Source: Methanobacteriota archaeon (GTDB lineage: Archaea; Thermoplasmatota; Poseidoniia; Poseidoniales; Poseidoniaceae). Taken from it: a stretch of DNA of 64,000 bases. Location: positions 9,239 through 73,238 of the forward strand of contig PBTH01000062.1 of NCBI GenBank assembly GCA_002726495.1, in the 5' to 3' direction. The translations under genes were made by a program, and so were the position numbers. This document shows positions 20,337 to 30,383 of the stretch, one piece after another (within the stretch, counting starts at the first letter, position 1; the number at the start of each line of letters is the position of its first letter). The notes under the pieces were generated by a model. The model was not told where the DNA came from. It saw only the letters and a list, made by a program, of their open reading frames with translations, and did not search any database.

Positions 20337-20398
20337 TTCCTGCGCCATCACACTGCCTGTGACATGCCATAAGGCGAATGCGGCTCATGCCGCAGGAA
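20337..20398 (-). promoter_or_regulatory. Putative structured RNA element in the psmB-fttA intergenic region
   Basis: Nested inverted repeats TTCCTGCG/CGCAGGAA, TGCGGC/GCCGCA, GCC/GGC and TCACA/TGTGA directly before the GAGGT RBS. Confidence 0.4.
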
Positions 20399-20409
20399 TT
20401 GGAAAATGC

Positions 20410-21030
20410 TCACTTGAGGAGCTTTGCAATGTCTTCTTGAGAGACTTGTTGGTAACCAGATGCCGGTGTGATGACAGCCAAATCCATACCGTTTCCGGAG
20501 GCTGCATCTCGTTGGCCTGATGCATAGAGGGCGCGGGCCGCCAGTTTTAATGCATCCGCTTGTGACATCCCTTCACTAAAGCCGTCTTCTAGGACACCGT
20601 ACATGTATGGAGAGCCCGACCCTGTGGCGCAGTAAACATCTGGTATGGACCCGCCAGCTGAATCAATGGAGTAGACATGGCCTCCATCGTCATCGACTCC
20701 AACGATGAGGAGTTGAACCCAGTGGGGTCGGCCGGCGAGAATATTTGCCGTAAGAGTTGCAGCACCTTTGACCGTCATAGGTTGTTGACGACGAAGTTCA
20801 AACAATGCAACCTCTGCTGTTAGAGTTCTGGACAACGACTGGGCGTGACCGACCAGTCCGGCTGTTGTGAGAGCAAGATTGCCTCCAATTTTGAAGAGTT
20901 TTTGGACACTCTTGTTCGCAATGAAATGACCCATTGTTGCTCGGTGGTCGGCTCCAACAACGACACCTCCTTTGAACGTAATTCCCACAGTACTAGTTCC
21001 GGTTTTGAGGACGCCTTGTTGCTCGGTCAT
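20410..21030 (-). CDS. psmB: Proteasome beta subunit
   Basis: Propeptide ..KTG|TSTVG; GADHRATMG, ATGSGSP, RDAASGNG. Confidence 0.93.
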   Translation of the reverse strand: MTEQQGVLKTGTSTVGITFKGGVVVGADHRATMGHFIANKSVQKLFKIGGNLALTTAGLVGHAQSLSRTLTAEVALFELRRQQPMTVKGAATLTANILAGRPHWVQLLIVGVDDDGGHVYSIDSAGGSIPDVYCATGSGSPYMYGVLEDGFSEGMSQADALKLAARALYASGQRDAASGNGMDLAVITPASGYQQVSQEDIAKLLK

Positions 21031-21200
21031 GATTTTCCCTTCCGTTGACACTCTTTGAACCTTGAGGCTCTAAGATACGGTCGTTGTTGTCCTTTATCAA
21101 GTTCACGAAAATTCGGGGGACAGGAGAAAACGCTGATAACAGTCTGTTTAACCGTAATTGAAGGGGAGTGTTGATGAAGCACCTGTAACAAGCCAATCAT

Positions 21201-21821
21201 GTGCGAAGGAAGAAACAAAAGGTTCCGGACGAAGCACAATCTTCGCTTGACCGGTTCTCAGGAGCCCCGAGTGAACCCGTATCACCTCATCAAGACGAAA
21301 CACCGGTTGTTCCATCAATGCCTAATTTGGATTTGTTGGAACAGGCCGAGGCAAAATTATCTCAACCTCAAGAGGATCAAATCGCGGAGAGTACAGATCA
21401 ATTGCGACGATTCCGAATGCCCAGTTCTGAACATGAAGACGCCAGTCGTCCACCAACCTCTACGATGACCTATCATGACCTTAACACCCTGTACCCCAGT
21501 GCACCCGTCCCTCTAGAAGAAGGAGGCATGGTCTTGCATAACGCTACATTGCACGACTTGACAGGATGCCACCAACTCATGGATTGGGTTGCTGATGGGC
21601 ATGCTTGTATCGTTGAAATGAAACGCCTCATCAAGAGGAAAACTGAATTCTCACAAGCGCTGAATTGGCTTCACACATTCATCGAGGGTGACCTCCAAGG
21701 CCAAATTATCCAGATGACTGAGACTCGTTTGATGCTGCTACCAGAAGGTTGCCGCGGCCTGAAAGGAACCGAGATGGAAGGCTTTGCAGTCGAACGAAAT
21801 GAGTTTACGGGCGTGAATTGA
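21201..21821 (+). CDS. sepF: SepF-like cell division protein with disordered N-terminus
   Basis: C-terminal domain (DGHACIVEM..GDLQGQIIQM..RLMLLP) resembles archaeal SepF; sits next to ZPR1 as in other euryarchaea. Confidence 0.6.
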   Translation: MRRKKQKVPDEAQSSLDRFSGAPSEPVSPHQDETPVVPSMPNLDLLEQAEAKLSQPQEDQIAESTDQLRRFRMPSSEHEDASRPPTSTMTYHDLNTLYPSAPVPLEEGGMVLHNATLHDLTGCHQLMDWVADGHACIVEMKRLIKRKTEFSQALNWLHTFIEGDLQGQIIQMTETRLMLLPEGCRGLKGTEMEGFAVERNEFTGVN

Positions 21822-22459
21822 TGGACGAGCAATCCATTGACATACCATGCCCCATATGCAATGCAAGCGGGAATGTGAAAATGATCGCTCATGTTGATGA
21901 GATCCCATACTTTGGAGAGCATACACAAGTCACAGTTCAATGTCATGATTGTGGTTGGAGACAAACTGATTTTATCCCTGCAGAAGGAAAAAAACCGGGT
22001 GGTTGCTCACTTGTTATTGACAACCCAGACCTCTTGAGTGCTCGAGTTGTTAGGTCTTCTTCGTGCACTGTTCGCCTACCTGAGCTTGACCTTCAGGTCA
22101 ATCCAGGAAGCAACTCAACAGGCTATGTTTCAAACGTGGAGGGAGTATTGAATCGATTTGTAGACATCATCAATTTGGTAAAAAGAGGCCATGAAGCTGA
22201 ACTCATTGAAGCAGATTCCTCGGAAAGCAGAGAAGAACTCATGGGCGAACTTTCAACACTCAACGAGATGCTCGCCAGAATTGAATCTCTAAAAGGGCCA
22301 AAAACAATTGATGCTGTTACCATTGAATTGCTTGACCCACATGGCCATTCGTTGATACTTCATGAAAACACTGTAGAGAGAGAATTAACCGAAGCAGAAT
22401 TGCGTGAACTGCCGGTTGGCCCAGACCCAGCCGTATTTTCTCAAGATGACATGAATTAA
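21818..22459 (+). CDS. ZPR1 zinc-finger protein
   Basis: CPIC..IPYFGE..CHDCGWR; RVVRS, NVEGVL, LLDPHGHS. Confidence 0.9.
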   Translation: MMDEQSIDIPCPICNASGNVKMIAHVDEIPYFGEHTQVTVQCHDCGWRQTDFIPAEGKKPGGCSLVIDNPDLLSARVVRSSSCTVRLPELDLQVNPGSNSTGYVSNVEGVLNRFVDIINLVKRGHEAELIEADSSESREELMGELSTLNEMLARIESLKGPKTIDAVTIELLDPHGHSLILHENTVERELTEAELRELPVGPDPAVFSQDDMN

Positions 22460-23841
22460 CGGGAATCCTCAGCGAGGAAATCAGAGACGACATGGGCCGT
22501 TTGGTCCCGCATTTCATGGAGCGATGACATCCATTCAGTCGCTCTGTCAATACAAAGTTGCTTCATTTCACCTGCAAGGATTTTTCCTGCTCTATAATCG
22601 GAATTTATCTCAGCCAAATAAGCATCATCATCCTCAAAGAAATACATCATGTATTGATAGGCTACATCGATGTCTGGATTTCCACCCAAGCGACGATGTT
22701 CTTCAACGGTTGCTTGACTGCCCGAAAAGGCACGCTTGATTTTCTTTTCAACAGCCTTGAGGTCATCGCTCAAAAATAAAGTAGTTTTTGGCTTACTGCT
22801 GCTCATTTTATCACCAGTCATTCCAACTGCAAAGTGATGATATGTGGATGATGGCGCAAGCAGACCTGGACCTCCCAACTCCCTCTCAAGTGACAACAGT
22901 GCCATTCGTATTCCGTGACGGTCCCTGGTTGTGGCGGAAGGAACATGAACAGCACCCTGTTTTGGATTTGACATGATATCTGAAAATCCGAGATCCGTTA
23001 AGGCATCAACAATCCGAGAAAAGACGCTTTCTACCTTGGCTCGGTCAACCCTTCCATTTGCCATTTGTCCAAATGCTCCTGCATTTTCATCATGGATTGA
23101 AAGGCTGATGCTCAGCCCTCGTGAAGATGCATCTTTGAGATTAAACCAGTTTGTTTTGTTCGCCAATCCTCGGGTCAACCTTAGATGTGGGTCTTGGTCA
23201 ACTCCCACAGGTACAACGATGGGACGTAGACCTCCGAATTCATCTGTTTGTGGATGTAAGATATCTCCGACTTGAACAAGAGGTGCTTGTACATGAGCGA
23301 GATTTGTCTCTCCATTGAAACCATAAATCGCTTCAAATTCGTTGAGATTTGTACGCTTACCGAGTTGAAATCCTAACCTCTGAACAATCGGTCTTCTGGA
23401 CTGGAAGTAAACATTCGTTTTTTCGGGGTCAAGACCCAATGCTGCATAGTTTGCGATGTATTCCTCAAGAGCGATTTTGCGACCTTTATCTAGACTCACG
23501 CCACGTGTGGCTTGACTCTCTAAATCTGCAACGGCGATGGTAACATCTCCACCGTGCTGTTGAAACCACTTTACCTGCTCAATAACCATTGAGTGTCCAA
23601 GGTGCATTTGGCCACTTGGCATTAGCCCTGTGAGTACTCCAAACGGATCTCCTTTTCGTTGAGCTTCTTGTACAACATCAAGGTCACGATGAGCAAAGAT
23701 GATTCCGCGGCGGTGAAGTTTGGAGGGGTTCGAGACGGTTGATGGTATGAGTGGAGTCAGCCCGAATTGGTCAATAATTCGCCCATAATCGGTTGATTGC
23801 GCACTTCCCCACGGGTCAATGGTGATGTCCTCGTCGCCCAT
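22456..23841 (-). CDS. trpS: Tryptophan--tRNA ligase
   Basis: PSGQMHLGH (HIGH), VGVDQDPH, KMSSS, AGEMKQ. Confidence 0.93.
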   Translation of the reverse strand: MGDEDITIDPWGSAQSTDYGRIIDQFGLTPLIPSTVSNPSKLHRRGIIFAHRDLDVVQEAQRKGDPFGVLTGLMPSGQMHLGHSMVIEQVKWFQQHGGDVTIAVADLESQATRGVSLDKGRKIALEEYIANYAALGLDPEKTNVYFQSRRPIVQRLGFQLGKRTNLNEFEAIYGFNGETNLAHVQAPLVQVGDILHPQTDEFGGLRPIVVPVGVDQDPHLRLTRGLANKTNWFNLKDASSRGLSISLSIHDENAGAFGQMANGRVDRAKVESVFSRIVDALTDLGFSDIMSNPKQGAVHVPSATTRDRHGIRMALLSLERELGGPGLLAPSSTYHHFAVGMTGDKMSSSKPKTTLFLSDDLKAVEKKIKRAFSGSQATVEEHRRLGGNPDIDVAYQYMMYFFEDDDAYLAEINSDYRAGKILAGEMKQLCIDRATEWMSSLHEMRDQTAHVVSDFLAEDSR

Positions 23842-23867
23842 ACAGGTTGCCTCGTGATGAATCTCGG

Positions 23868-25157
23868 TTACTCCTCGGCATCAAGGCTTCGCTTCATCTC
23901 GTGGGGATACGGTTGTTTTTCGTGGATTCGTCCCTTTCCGAAATAAGGAGCAAGTGGGCCGATATTTTCCCGCCCAAGAACTGCCATCATGGCAACGGTT
24001 GTAGTAAAGCCAATTCCAAGAACAGCATAAGGCATCCAGGCTGCCTCTCCATCTGCTGAACGAGGCGTTAGCAGCCATGTGAATCTCACATTATCCTCTT
24101 CAAGAAACCGTTTGGACCATTTGAACAAATCGCTGGTTGCGTGGCCCGCAACAGTAACCGCTGAGGAATGATTGTTCCAAAATTCCGTTAGCCCAAGGAC
24201 ATCATAATCGACCTGTGTATCATTGAAATGAATCTCGGTTGGTTCTCCGTCCTTAACAGAGATAAGAACTGTGCCATCGCTTTGTTGTCTCCAGCCCTGC
24301 ATTGCATTAACTTCACCCTCTATAGAAAGTGCATATGTGCCGTTTATTGAGACATTTACCACATCGGCAGAACCAACATTTAATCTCCAGGTGAGTGGGA
24401 GATTCCAACCAACATGGTCTCCCGAGGTACACGCCTCGGTTAGAAGTGATTCAAAATTCACAATTGACCCTTGTTCTGTCTCTATTTTGGAATGAGACAA
24501 TTCATAGCAACGGTGAGCTTCCCAGTAGGACCATGCTTCACCCCATGTGGTGAGCCATATGTCTTCTGACTCATGAAGATAATTAAGCACATCACGGTCA
24601 TGGCGAACCGTTGCATCATTGACTCTTCCGATCCAGTAAAGATTCACCAAACCTCCTGCTTCAATCTCTTCTTGGACCGATTCTAAAGAGGCCATCCCTT
24701 TCTCAAGACTCCCTCCTCTTCTGCCTAAATTGTACCAGTCCCATAGGTCGACTGGGGTATCGGAGGAATTGTGCCACGCCGTTGATTCTACTCCTGTATT
24801 ATCACCGTGAACTGCAAATCCTTGAGAAGCAATTTGTTCATGTTGAGATGAACTTAATGTTGAAGGGGTAAAGGTCGACAACGGATGTTCGCCCCATTTA
24901 CTTGCGTTGATTCTTTCTTCAATATAGGATTTGCACGATTGAGCGACTGCCCCGGGGTCATTAATCCAACTTAGACCTGGCATTCCGTAGCAACCAAATT
25001 CATCACCAAGGTCCAATCGGTCAGAACCATATGAGGTTTGGAGCCATCCATCTTCTTCCCAAGAACTCTGTGCAAGAGCCACCGGGTGAAGCATAACAAG
25101 AACAAGCGTACTGGTTAGCAAAATGGAGACCATATGTCGTGTTGTGGAGCCCCCCAT
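23868..25157 (-). CDS. Secreted, C-terminally anchored hypothetical protein
   Basis: Signal peptide and C-terminal TM helix; DIWLTTWGEAWSY weakly recalls polysaccharide-deacetylase C-termini. Confidence 0.55.
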   Translation of the reverse strand: MGGSTTRHMVSILLTSTLVLVMLHPVALAQSSWEEDGWLQTSYGSDRLDLGDEFGCYGMPGLSWINDPGAVAQSCKSYIEERINASKWGEHPLSTFTPSTLSSSQHEQIASQGFAVHGDNTGVESTAWHNSSDTPVDLWDWYNLGRRGGSLEKGMASLESVQEEIEAGGLVNLYWIGRVNDATVRHDRDVLNYLHESEDIWLTTWGEAWSYWEAHRCYELSHSKIETEQGSIVNFESLLTEACTSGDHVGWNLPLTWRLNVGSADVVNVSINGTYALSIEGEVNAMQGWRQQSDGTVLISVKDGEPTEIHFNDTQVDYDVLGLTEFWNNHSSAVTVAGHATSDLFKWSKRFLEEDNVRFTWLLTPRSADGEAAWMPYAVLGIGFTTTVAMMAVLGRENIGPLAPYFGKGRIHEKQPYPHEMKRSLDAEE

Positions 25158-25280
25158 AAACTTGGCTTGAACCCTTTCCCTTTGACGGTTGTTGTTTGAC
25201 CGTGTGCTGTTCTCAAAACCGTACATTGGTCGGGAATAAGAGAACAAGAGTGAAAACCAAATCGCTTTCATCACGATTAC

Positions 25281-26066
25281 ATGGAGAAAGGTGACGAGGT
25301 GAGAGAAGGCTGGTCACTGCTTGTGAATCACTGGCAAATTCCTCCCGCCTCTGCATCTGTCCCCTCAACGCCTACTTACAGCATGCTGCGAATGTTTCTC
25401 TCTCCACTGCTACGACCTCTTCTGCGATGGAGAATAAGGGGGGCGGGCAACATCCCGAGAACGGGTGCAACGATACTTGCAGCCAACCATCTCTCTCACG
25501 TCGACCCCATCGCCGTCATAGCTGCTGCGAGAAGGACGACCTATTATCTCGCTAAAGATGGGCATTTCAGCAAACCTATGATGCGCTTTTTGATGCAGGC
25601 TACTGGCCAAATTGAAACACAACGAGAAAAGGGTGGCAATGAAGCACTTGCAAGTGCTGCAACCGTTCTCTCCAGCGGAAAGGCATTGGGAATCTTTCCC
25701 GAAGGAACTCGCTCCAAACGCACAGAAGCACCGTTTCTCTTGCCCGGTAAAACTGGAGTTGCTCGACTTGCGGCAGCATATCCGGATGCTTGTGTTGTTC
25801 CAATCGCCATTCGTGGCGCTAGAGATTTTATGATGCCAAAAGAGCATAAATTTCCGAGGATTTGGAAGCCGTTGAGTGTCAATGCTGGGGTTTCAATCTC
25901 TTGGCACACATGGTTAGGCCACCAATCTGGAGGGAACCATACCCTTGCTAGCCTCACTGAATTAGCACAACGGGACGAGCATGAGATTCGGGTAGAATTG
26001 GCGCATTTGTACCGTAAGTTCACTGACCAGTTGATGGGTTCAGTATCGGCACTTGGCGCCCCATGA
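25281..26066 (+). CDS. plsC: Lysophospholipid / 1-acyl-glycerol-3-phosphate acyltransferase (PlsC family)
   Basis: NHLSHVD (HX4D), FPEGTRS, KTGVARLA, VVPIAI. Confidence 0.85.
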   Translation: MEKGDEVREGWSLLVNHWQIPPASASVPSTPTYSMLRMFLSPLLRPLLRWRIRGAGNIPRTGATILAANHLSHVDPIAVIAAARRTTYYLAKDGHFSKPMMRFLMQATGQIETQREKGGNEALASAATVLSSGKALGIFPEGTRSKRTEAPFLLPGKTGVARLAAAYPDACVVPIAIRGARDFMMPKEHKFPRIWKPLSVNAGVSISWHTWLGHQSGGNHTLASLTELAQRDEHEIRVELAHLYRKFTDQLMGSVSALGAP

Positions 26067-26096
26067 GACTTTATTTAATGTCGACAATGCGTTCTT

Positions 26097-26807
26097 GTGA
26101 TGTTCGAAGTAGCGACAGCTCTAGGTCTCGTAAGTTTCCCAATGCATACAAAGGAAGAGAATGTCAAAGCAGAGAACAGAGCATTGAAATTACTTGCTGA
26201 CATCATTGAGCAATCGGATGAATGGCAAGTTCGGCTTAACGAAAAGGAACAAGTGGTTCTCCACACGGTTGATGACAACCCACGACTCATGATTGACCCA
26301 TGCGCAACCATAGAGCGATTTTACAAGGACGGAAATGAGCACATCGTCACGTACATGTTCATCGGACCAAATACGATATCTGCATGCGTTATTGTCGACC
26401 AAAATGCCCCACAATGTGTGATTACCGATACCATCATCTCACTTGTATTGCTTGCAGAAGCAGGTTGGCCAAAGGAACATACGCCGTTGACATTGAATCT
26501 TATGCGGGAAAATCTGAAAGACACGATTAAAAACGTCCCCAAGCGTTCCATGATTACAGAAGATGATCTTGAGCGATTGGAAGTGATCGAGGACCATATT
26601 TTGAGCGAAAAATGGGCGGATGCGCTCTTGAATTTGGGTGGACACGCTCGTTTTTGCTACACCTGTAAAGGTTGGACAGAACAAGAGGTCAAGACTCACA
26701 TCAATGCGTTTCTTGATCGCATCCCCATGGATCAAATCATCAGATATATCTCCGCTCCCTTTGATGCATCAGAAACCATTTTCATCACAGTACCAACCTT
26801 GCAGTAG
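26097..26807 (+). CDS. Hypothetical protein
   Basis: 236-aa ORF co-oriented between plsC and thyA; no motif recognised. Confidence 0.55.
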   Translation: MMFEVATALGLVSFPMHTKEENVKAENRALKLLADIIEQSDEWQVRLNEKEQVVLHTVDDNPRLMIDPCATIERFYKDGNEHIVTYMFIGPNTISACVIVDQNAPQCVITDTIISLVLLAEAGWPKEHTPLTLNLMRENLKDTIKNVPKRSMITEDDLERLEVIEDHILSEKWADALLNLGGHARFCYTCKGWTEQEVKTHINAFLDRIPMDQIIRYISAPFDASETIFITVPTLQ

Positions 26808-26857
26808 CGTGAGAAGCCTCAAGTGCTTTCGGCGTTGAACCACGACTAGGTGACACA

Positions 26858-27652
26858 GTGAAGGCATACTTGGACCTCATGCGGCACATTTTGGAACACG
26901 GTGCTGACAAAGGAGACCGTACTGGCACGGGAACCAAATCCGTATTTGGATATCAAATGCGATTTGATTTGAGTGATGGCTTTCCAATGGTGACCACCAA
27001 AAAACTCCACCTCCCATCGATTGTTCACGAATTGTTATGGTTCATCAAAGGCGATACGAATGTCAAATATCTTCAGGAGAACGGTGTCCGTATCTGGAAC
27101 GAATGGGCCGATGAAAACGGTGATCTCGGTCCCGTTTATGGCAAGCAATGGCGTAAATGGGAAGGCAAAGATGGGAGGGTGATCGACCAACTTCAACAAG
27201 CGATTGAGACCATCAAATCAAATCCAAACAGCCGCAGAATCATCGTTTCAGCCTGGAATGTTGGCGAATTGGAAGACATGGCCCTCATGCCTTGCCATGC
27301 ATTTTTCCAGTTTCATGTATCAGAGGGGAGACTGAACTGTCAACTCTATCAAAGAAGTGCTGATGTTTTTCTTGGAGTGCCTTTTAACATCGCTTCGTAC
27401 GCCTTGCTGACTCACATGATGGCCCAAGTTTGTGGGCTGAAAGCAGGAACATTTGTTCATACCCTTGGTGATGCTCACCTCTACAGCAATCACCTTGAAC
27501 AAGCCACTTTGCAAATAACAAGAGAGCCAATGGAGCTGCCGTCACTAAAACTCAATCCAGACATTACCTCAATTGATGATTTCACATATGCGGATGTTGA
27601 GATTGTTAACTATCATCACCACCCACATATCAAAGCCCCAATCTCAATTTAG
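26858..27652 (+). CDS. thyA: Thymidylate synthase (bacterial type)
   Basis: [43 protein letters not shown]. Confidence 0.97.
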   Translation: MKAYLDLMRHILEHGADKGDRTGTGTKSVFGYQMRFDLSDGFPMVTTKKLHLPSIVHELLWFIKGDTNVKYLQENGVRIWNEWADENGDLGPVYGKQWRKWEGKDGRVIDQLQQAIETIKSNPNSRRIIVSAWNVGELEDMALMPCHAFFQFHVSEGRLNCQLYQRSADVFLGVPFNIASYALLTHMMAQVCGLKAGTFVHTLGDAHLYSNHLEQATLQITREPMELPSLKLNPDITSIDDFTYADVEIVNYHHHPHIKAPISI

Positions 27653-27662
27653 GTGATCAAGC

Positions 27663-28130
27663 ATGATTTCAATGATTTTTGCTTGTGATGAACAAGGTGC
27701 AATTGGCAAAAATGGAGATTTGCCGTGGAGGCAATCAACCGACCTTCAGCATTTCAAACGTGTAACACTGAACAAGACCATCGTAATGGGAAGAAAAACG
27801 TGGGATAGCCTTGGTAAAGCATTGCCCTCCAGAAGAAACATCGTGATGTCCAGGAAAGGTGTTGAAGGAATTGAATCTATGACCTTCGAGCAGGTTTTGG
27901 AACTTGCAGAGAATGAAGAAGTTGTGATTATTGGAGGGGGAGAAATCTATGCGCTTTTTTTGGAGCATGCCAAGGAGATACACCGGACAATCATCCATAC
28001 ATGCGTTGAACATGCAGATACCTTCGCCCCAGAGATAGATGATGTAATCTTTTACTTACTTAGTGAAAAGCAACTGGAACCCAGCGATAGGGATGATCAT
28101 GCGATGACATTCCAACATTGGATTTCATAA
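27663..28130 (+). CDS. folA: Dihydrofolate reductase
   Basis: IGKNGDLPW, DLQHFK, MGRKTWDS, IIGGGEIY; follows thyA. Confidence 0.93.
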   Translation: MISMIFACDEQGAIGKNGDLPWRQSTDLQHFKRVTLNKTIVMGRKTWDSLGKALPSRRNIVMSRKGVEGIESMTFEQVLELAENEEVVIIGGGEIYALFLEHAKEIHRTIIHTCVEHADTFAPEIDDVIFYLLSEKQLEPSDRDDHAMTFQHWIS

Positions 28131-28505
28131 TCACTCTGGCCGGTATTCAGTTACCCGGATACCCAACCTTCCTTGAAGAGCCTCTCGCTTCATGATACGC
28201 AAGTATTTCTTCTCAAAGGCTGCTTTGAGGTCAATCCCCATTGCAAGACTATGACCCATGAGCAAGATGAGAACATCGGCCATTTCTTCTGCACATTCTT
28301 CCAGAGGCTTTCCTTTGGTAATCGCTGCAGCCAGTTCGCCCAGTTCCTCAATAGTAAGAGCCATCCGATAACCCATATCATGTCCGTTTTGACCTGCAAA
28401 GTCGTGTTTGTGATGGAACGCAGCGACTCGCTTCATCATCGATTCCCATTCATCTTGAGGTTCATGATTCATCCATTGGTCTACATTTCGTCCTTCCATG
28501 ACCAA
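28131..28505 (-). CDS. MazG-like nucleotide pyrophosphohydrolase
   Basis: EELGEL..EEMADV all-alpha NTP-PPase motif. Confidence 0.85.
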   Translation of the reverse strand: MVMEGRNVDQWMNHEPQDEWESMMKRVAAFHHKHDFAGQNGHDMGYRMALTIEELGELAAAITKGKPLEECAEEMADVLILLMGHSLAMGIDLKAAFEKKYLRIMKREALQGRLGIRVTEYRPE

Positions 28506-28535
28506 TGCTCATAGCGACAAACCATGATGTTTGTG

Positions 28536-29321
28536 TCATGAAAGAAGGGATACAAGGCACGCCCATATGGGTTCCAAACGGTCGTTTGCTTGGGCGGAGA
28601 CTTCCTCATGATCGAGGGCCTTCGTTTCATCACCAGGCTCTCTGCCGGCAGCCCAATTGGACGAGATGCATACCGCACTGTATGGCAAATCCAGTTCTCT
28701 CGCTAATTTAGCTTCACGAGGCATGGTCATACCAACCATGTGGCCACCCAGCAAACCAATAGCATCAACTTCCGCTCTGGTTTCAAATTGCGGACCTTGA
28801 CTAAGCCAGTAGGTGTATCCCATTTTTTCTCCAGCATCAAAGCCCTGGCTCTCGCGCAGTGCAGTATCCAATTGTTCATTCATTGACAAATCAAAAGGTT
28901 CAGTTACCGAAGTAAATACCGATTCATCGTCATGAAACGTTGATTCAACACCGGTAAAATCAATGTATTGTTCTGCCAATGCAACCTTACCTGGAGGAAA
29001 TGAAACATCCAATGAACCAACGGAACATACAGCCATGATGCCATCGATTTGTGCATCGTTCATAGCCATCATGTTCGCACGATGATTGATTTGATGAGGA
29101 GGACACCCATGGCCACTTTCATTGTGATGACGTTGGAGAAATATGAGTTCTTTTTCAACCCCCTGGTCATCAAGAGAAATACAGGTTAGAGGAACCGAAC
29201 CATATGGCGTGCTGACCGATATGGAATCCTTTCGGACCACACGAATTCCGACTTCACCGAATCGCTCATCAAGATTCATGCTAACGAGGCCGGTTCCTCC
29301 GATAATTCCCAAGCGCATCAT
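28536..29321 (-). CDS. mtnP: Methylthioadenosine/purine nucleoside phosphorylase (MTAP family)
   Basis: GIIGGTG, TPYG, PPHQINHRAN, GPQFETRAE, VGMTMPREA. Confidence 0.8.
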   Translation of the reverse strand: MMRLGIIGGTGLVSMNLDERFGEVGIRVVRKDSISVSTPYGSVPLTCISLDDQGVEKELIFLQRHHNESGHGCPPHQINHRANMMAMNDAQIDGIMAVCSVGSLDVSFPPGKVALAEQYIDFTGVESTFHDDESVFTSVTEPFDLSMNEQLDTALRESQGFDAGEKMGYTYWLSQGPQFETRAEVDAIGLLGGHMVGMTMPREAKLARELDLPYSAVCISSNWAAGREPGDETKALDHEEVSAQANDRLEPIWACLVSLLS

Positions 29322-29373
29322 AACGCGCTCACGCGGCCCCATCATGTGAACCCTACGGAAGAGTGCAAAACAT

Positions 29374-30324
29374 TCAATCCCATTCATTCATTTGATTGAT
29401 GGCTTGAACTGCTGCAATTACGTCACCATCTTCCCACCAATCAACAGCAACAAATGTAGGACGTTTTCCATGTTGCTCCCAACAGTCCTTCGCTCGACTG
29501 ATCAAAAAATCTGGATTGTTCGCTTCATCTCCTCGGCTCGGGTCCGACAATCCGAGTGGACCACTCAGCCAGTTGTTCATGTGATAGACCGATTGTTCCG
29601 AATCACCTCTTAATACATCACAATTCATGTCCTCAGTATTTTCTTCAGCGTAATTTGTGGTCCAACTGTGGGTCAAAAAATCATGCACCCAAGGGTGGCC
29701 TGTATCCGCACTCTGTTCCCAAAAAACGACGAGTCGGGTCTCGGATTGGATCATCTCATCAAGGGTTGGCCATGCAGTGTTGATTTCGTGAACAAACACA
29801 TGGCCCATGAGTCCAGATTCAGTAAACACATCTTCCAAATGCTCTGGCTGGACATAATTTTCCACAAGTAAAGTAACGATATCGTTTTCATGCTGTACTA
29901 TAAGTTCAGCTAGATTTGTTAGCCAAGCTAAAGCATTAACACTCCCGTATACGCATGGACTGGTACCTCTGTCGTCGTCTCCATGGCACAAACGAACGGT
30001 TCCTTGACTCTCATCGTTAAGGTTCTCGTAATGAGTATCGATCATGAACGCTCTAATTCCAGCATTCCATTGGGCATAAAGCCCGGTCTGATGATTGCTA
30101 GCAGGATAGATAATACCGTCTTCGTGAGTAGCAAAAGCATTGTGTGTCTCCGGGAAGGTCACATCATCGTATGTCCTTGAACAAAGTTCAGATAAGCCGT
30201 TACAAACTTGTTCGGGATTTGATGAATCTTCTGTTGGTGATGATGAGGAGGAAAACGATCCGGTTGTACACCCTGGCAAAATGAAAACGAACATCACGAA
30301 GACCGAAATCAGCGTGTTGTTCAT
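29374..30324 (-). CDS. PI-PLC X-like phosphodiesterase, probable lipoprotein
   Basis: LPGC lipobox-like signal; THNAF, Q..AGIRAFMID, LCHG, RPTFVAVDWW. Confidence 0.75.
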   Translation of the reverse strand: MNNTLISVFVMFVFILPGCTTGSFSSSSSPTEDSSNPEQVCNGLSELCSRTYDDVTFPETHNAFATHEDGIIYPASNHQTGLYAQWNAGIRAFMIDTHYENLNDESQGTVRLCHGDDDRGTSPCVYGSVNALAWLTNLAELIVQHENDIVTLLVENYVQPEHLEDVFTESGLMGHVFVHEINTAWPTLDEMIQSETRLVVFWEQSADTGHPWVHDFLTHSWTTNYAEENTEDMNCDVLRGDSEQSVYHMNNWLSGPLGLSDPSRGDEANNPDFLISRAKDCWEQHGKRPTFVAVDWWEDGDVIAAVQAINQMNEWD

Positions 30325-30383
30325 GGACTGCCCAAGACACATCAAGCAAAAAACCCGTTGGTAACCTCTTTTGAGGTACGGCT

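Noticed and set aside
18419-21030. psmB-aCPSF1 adjacency as a novel link
   Set aside because: This gene order is already known to be widely conserved in archaea
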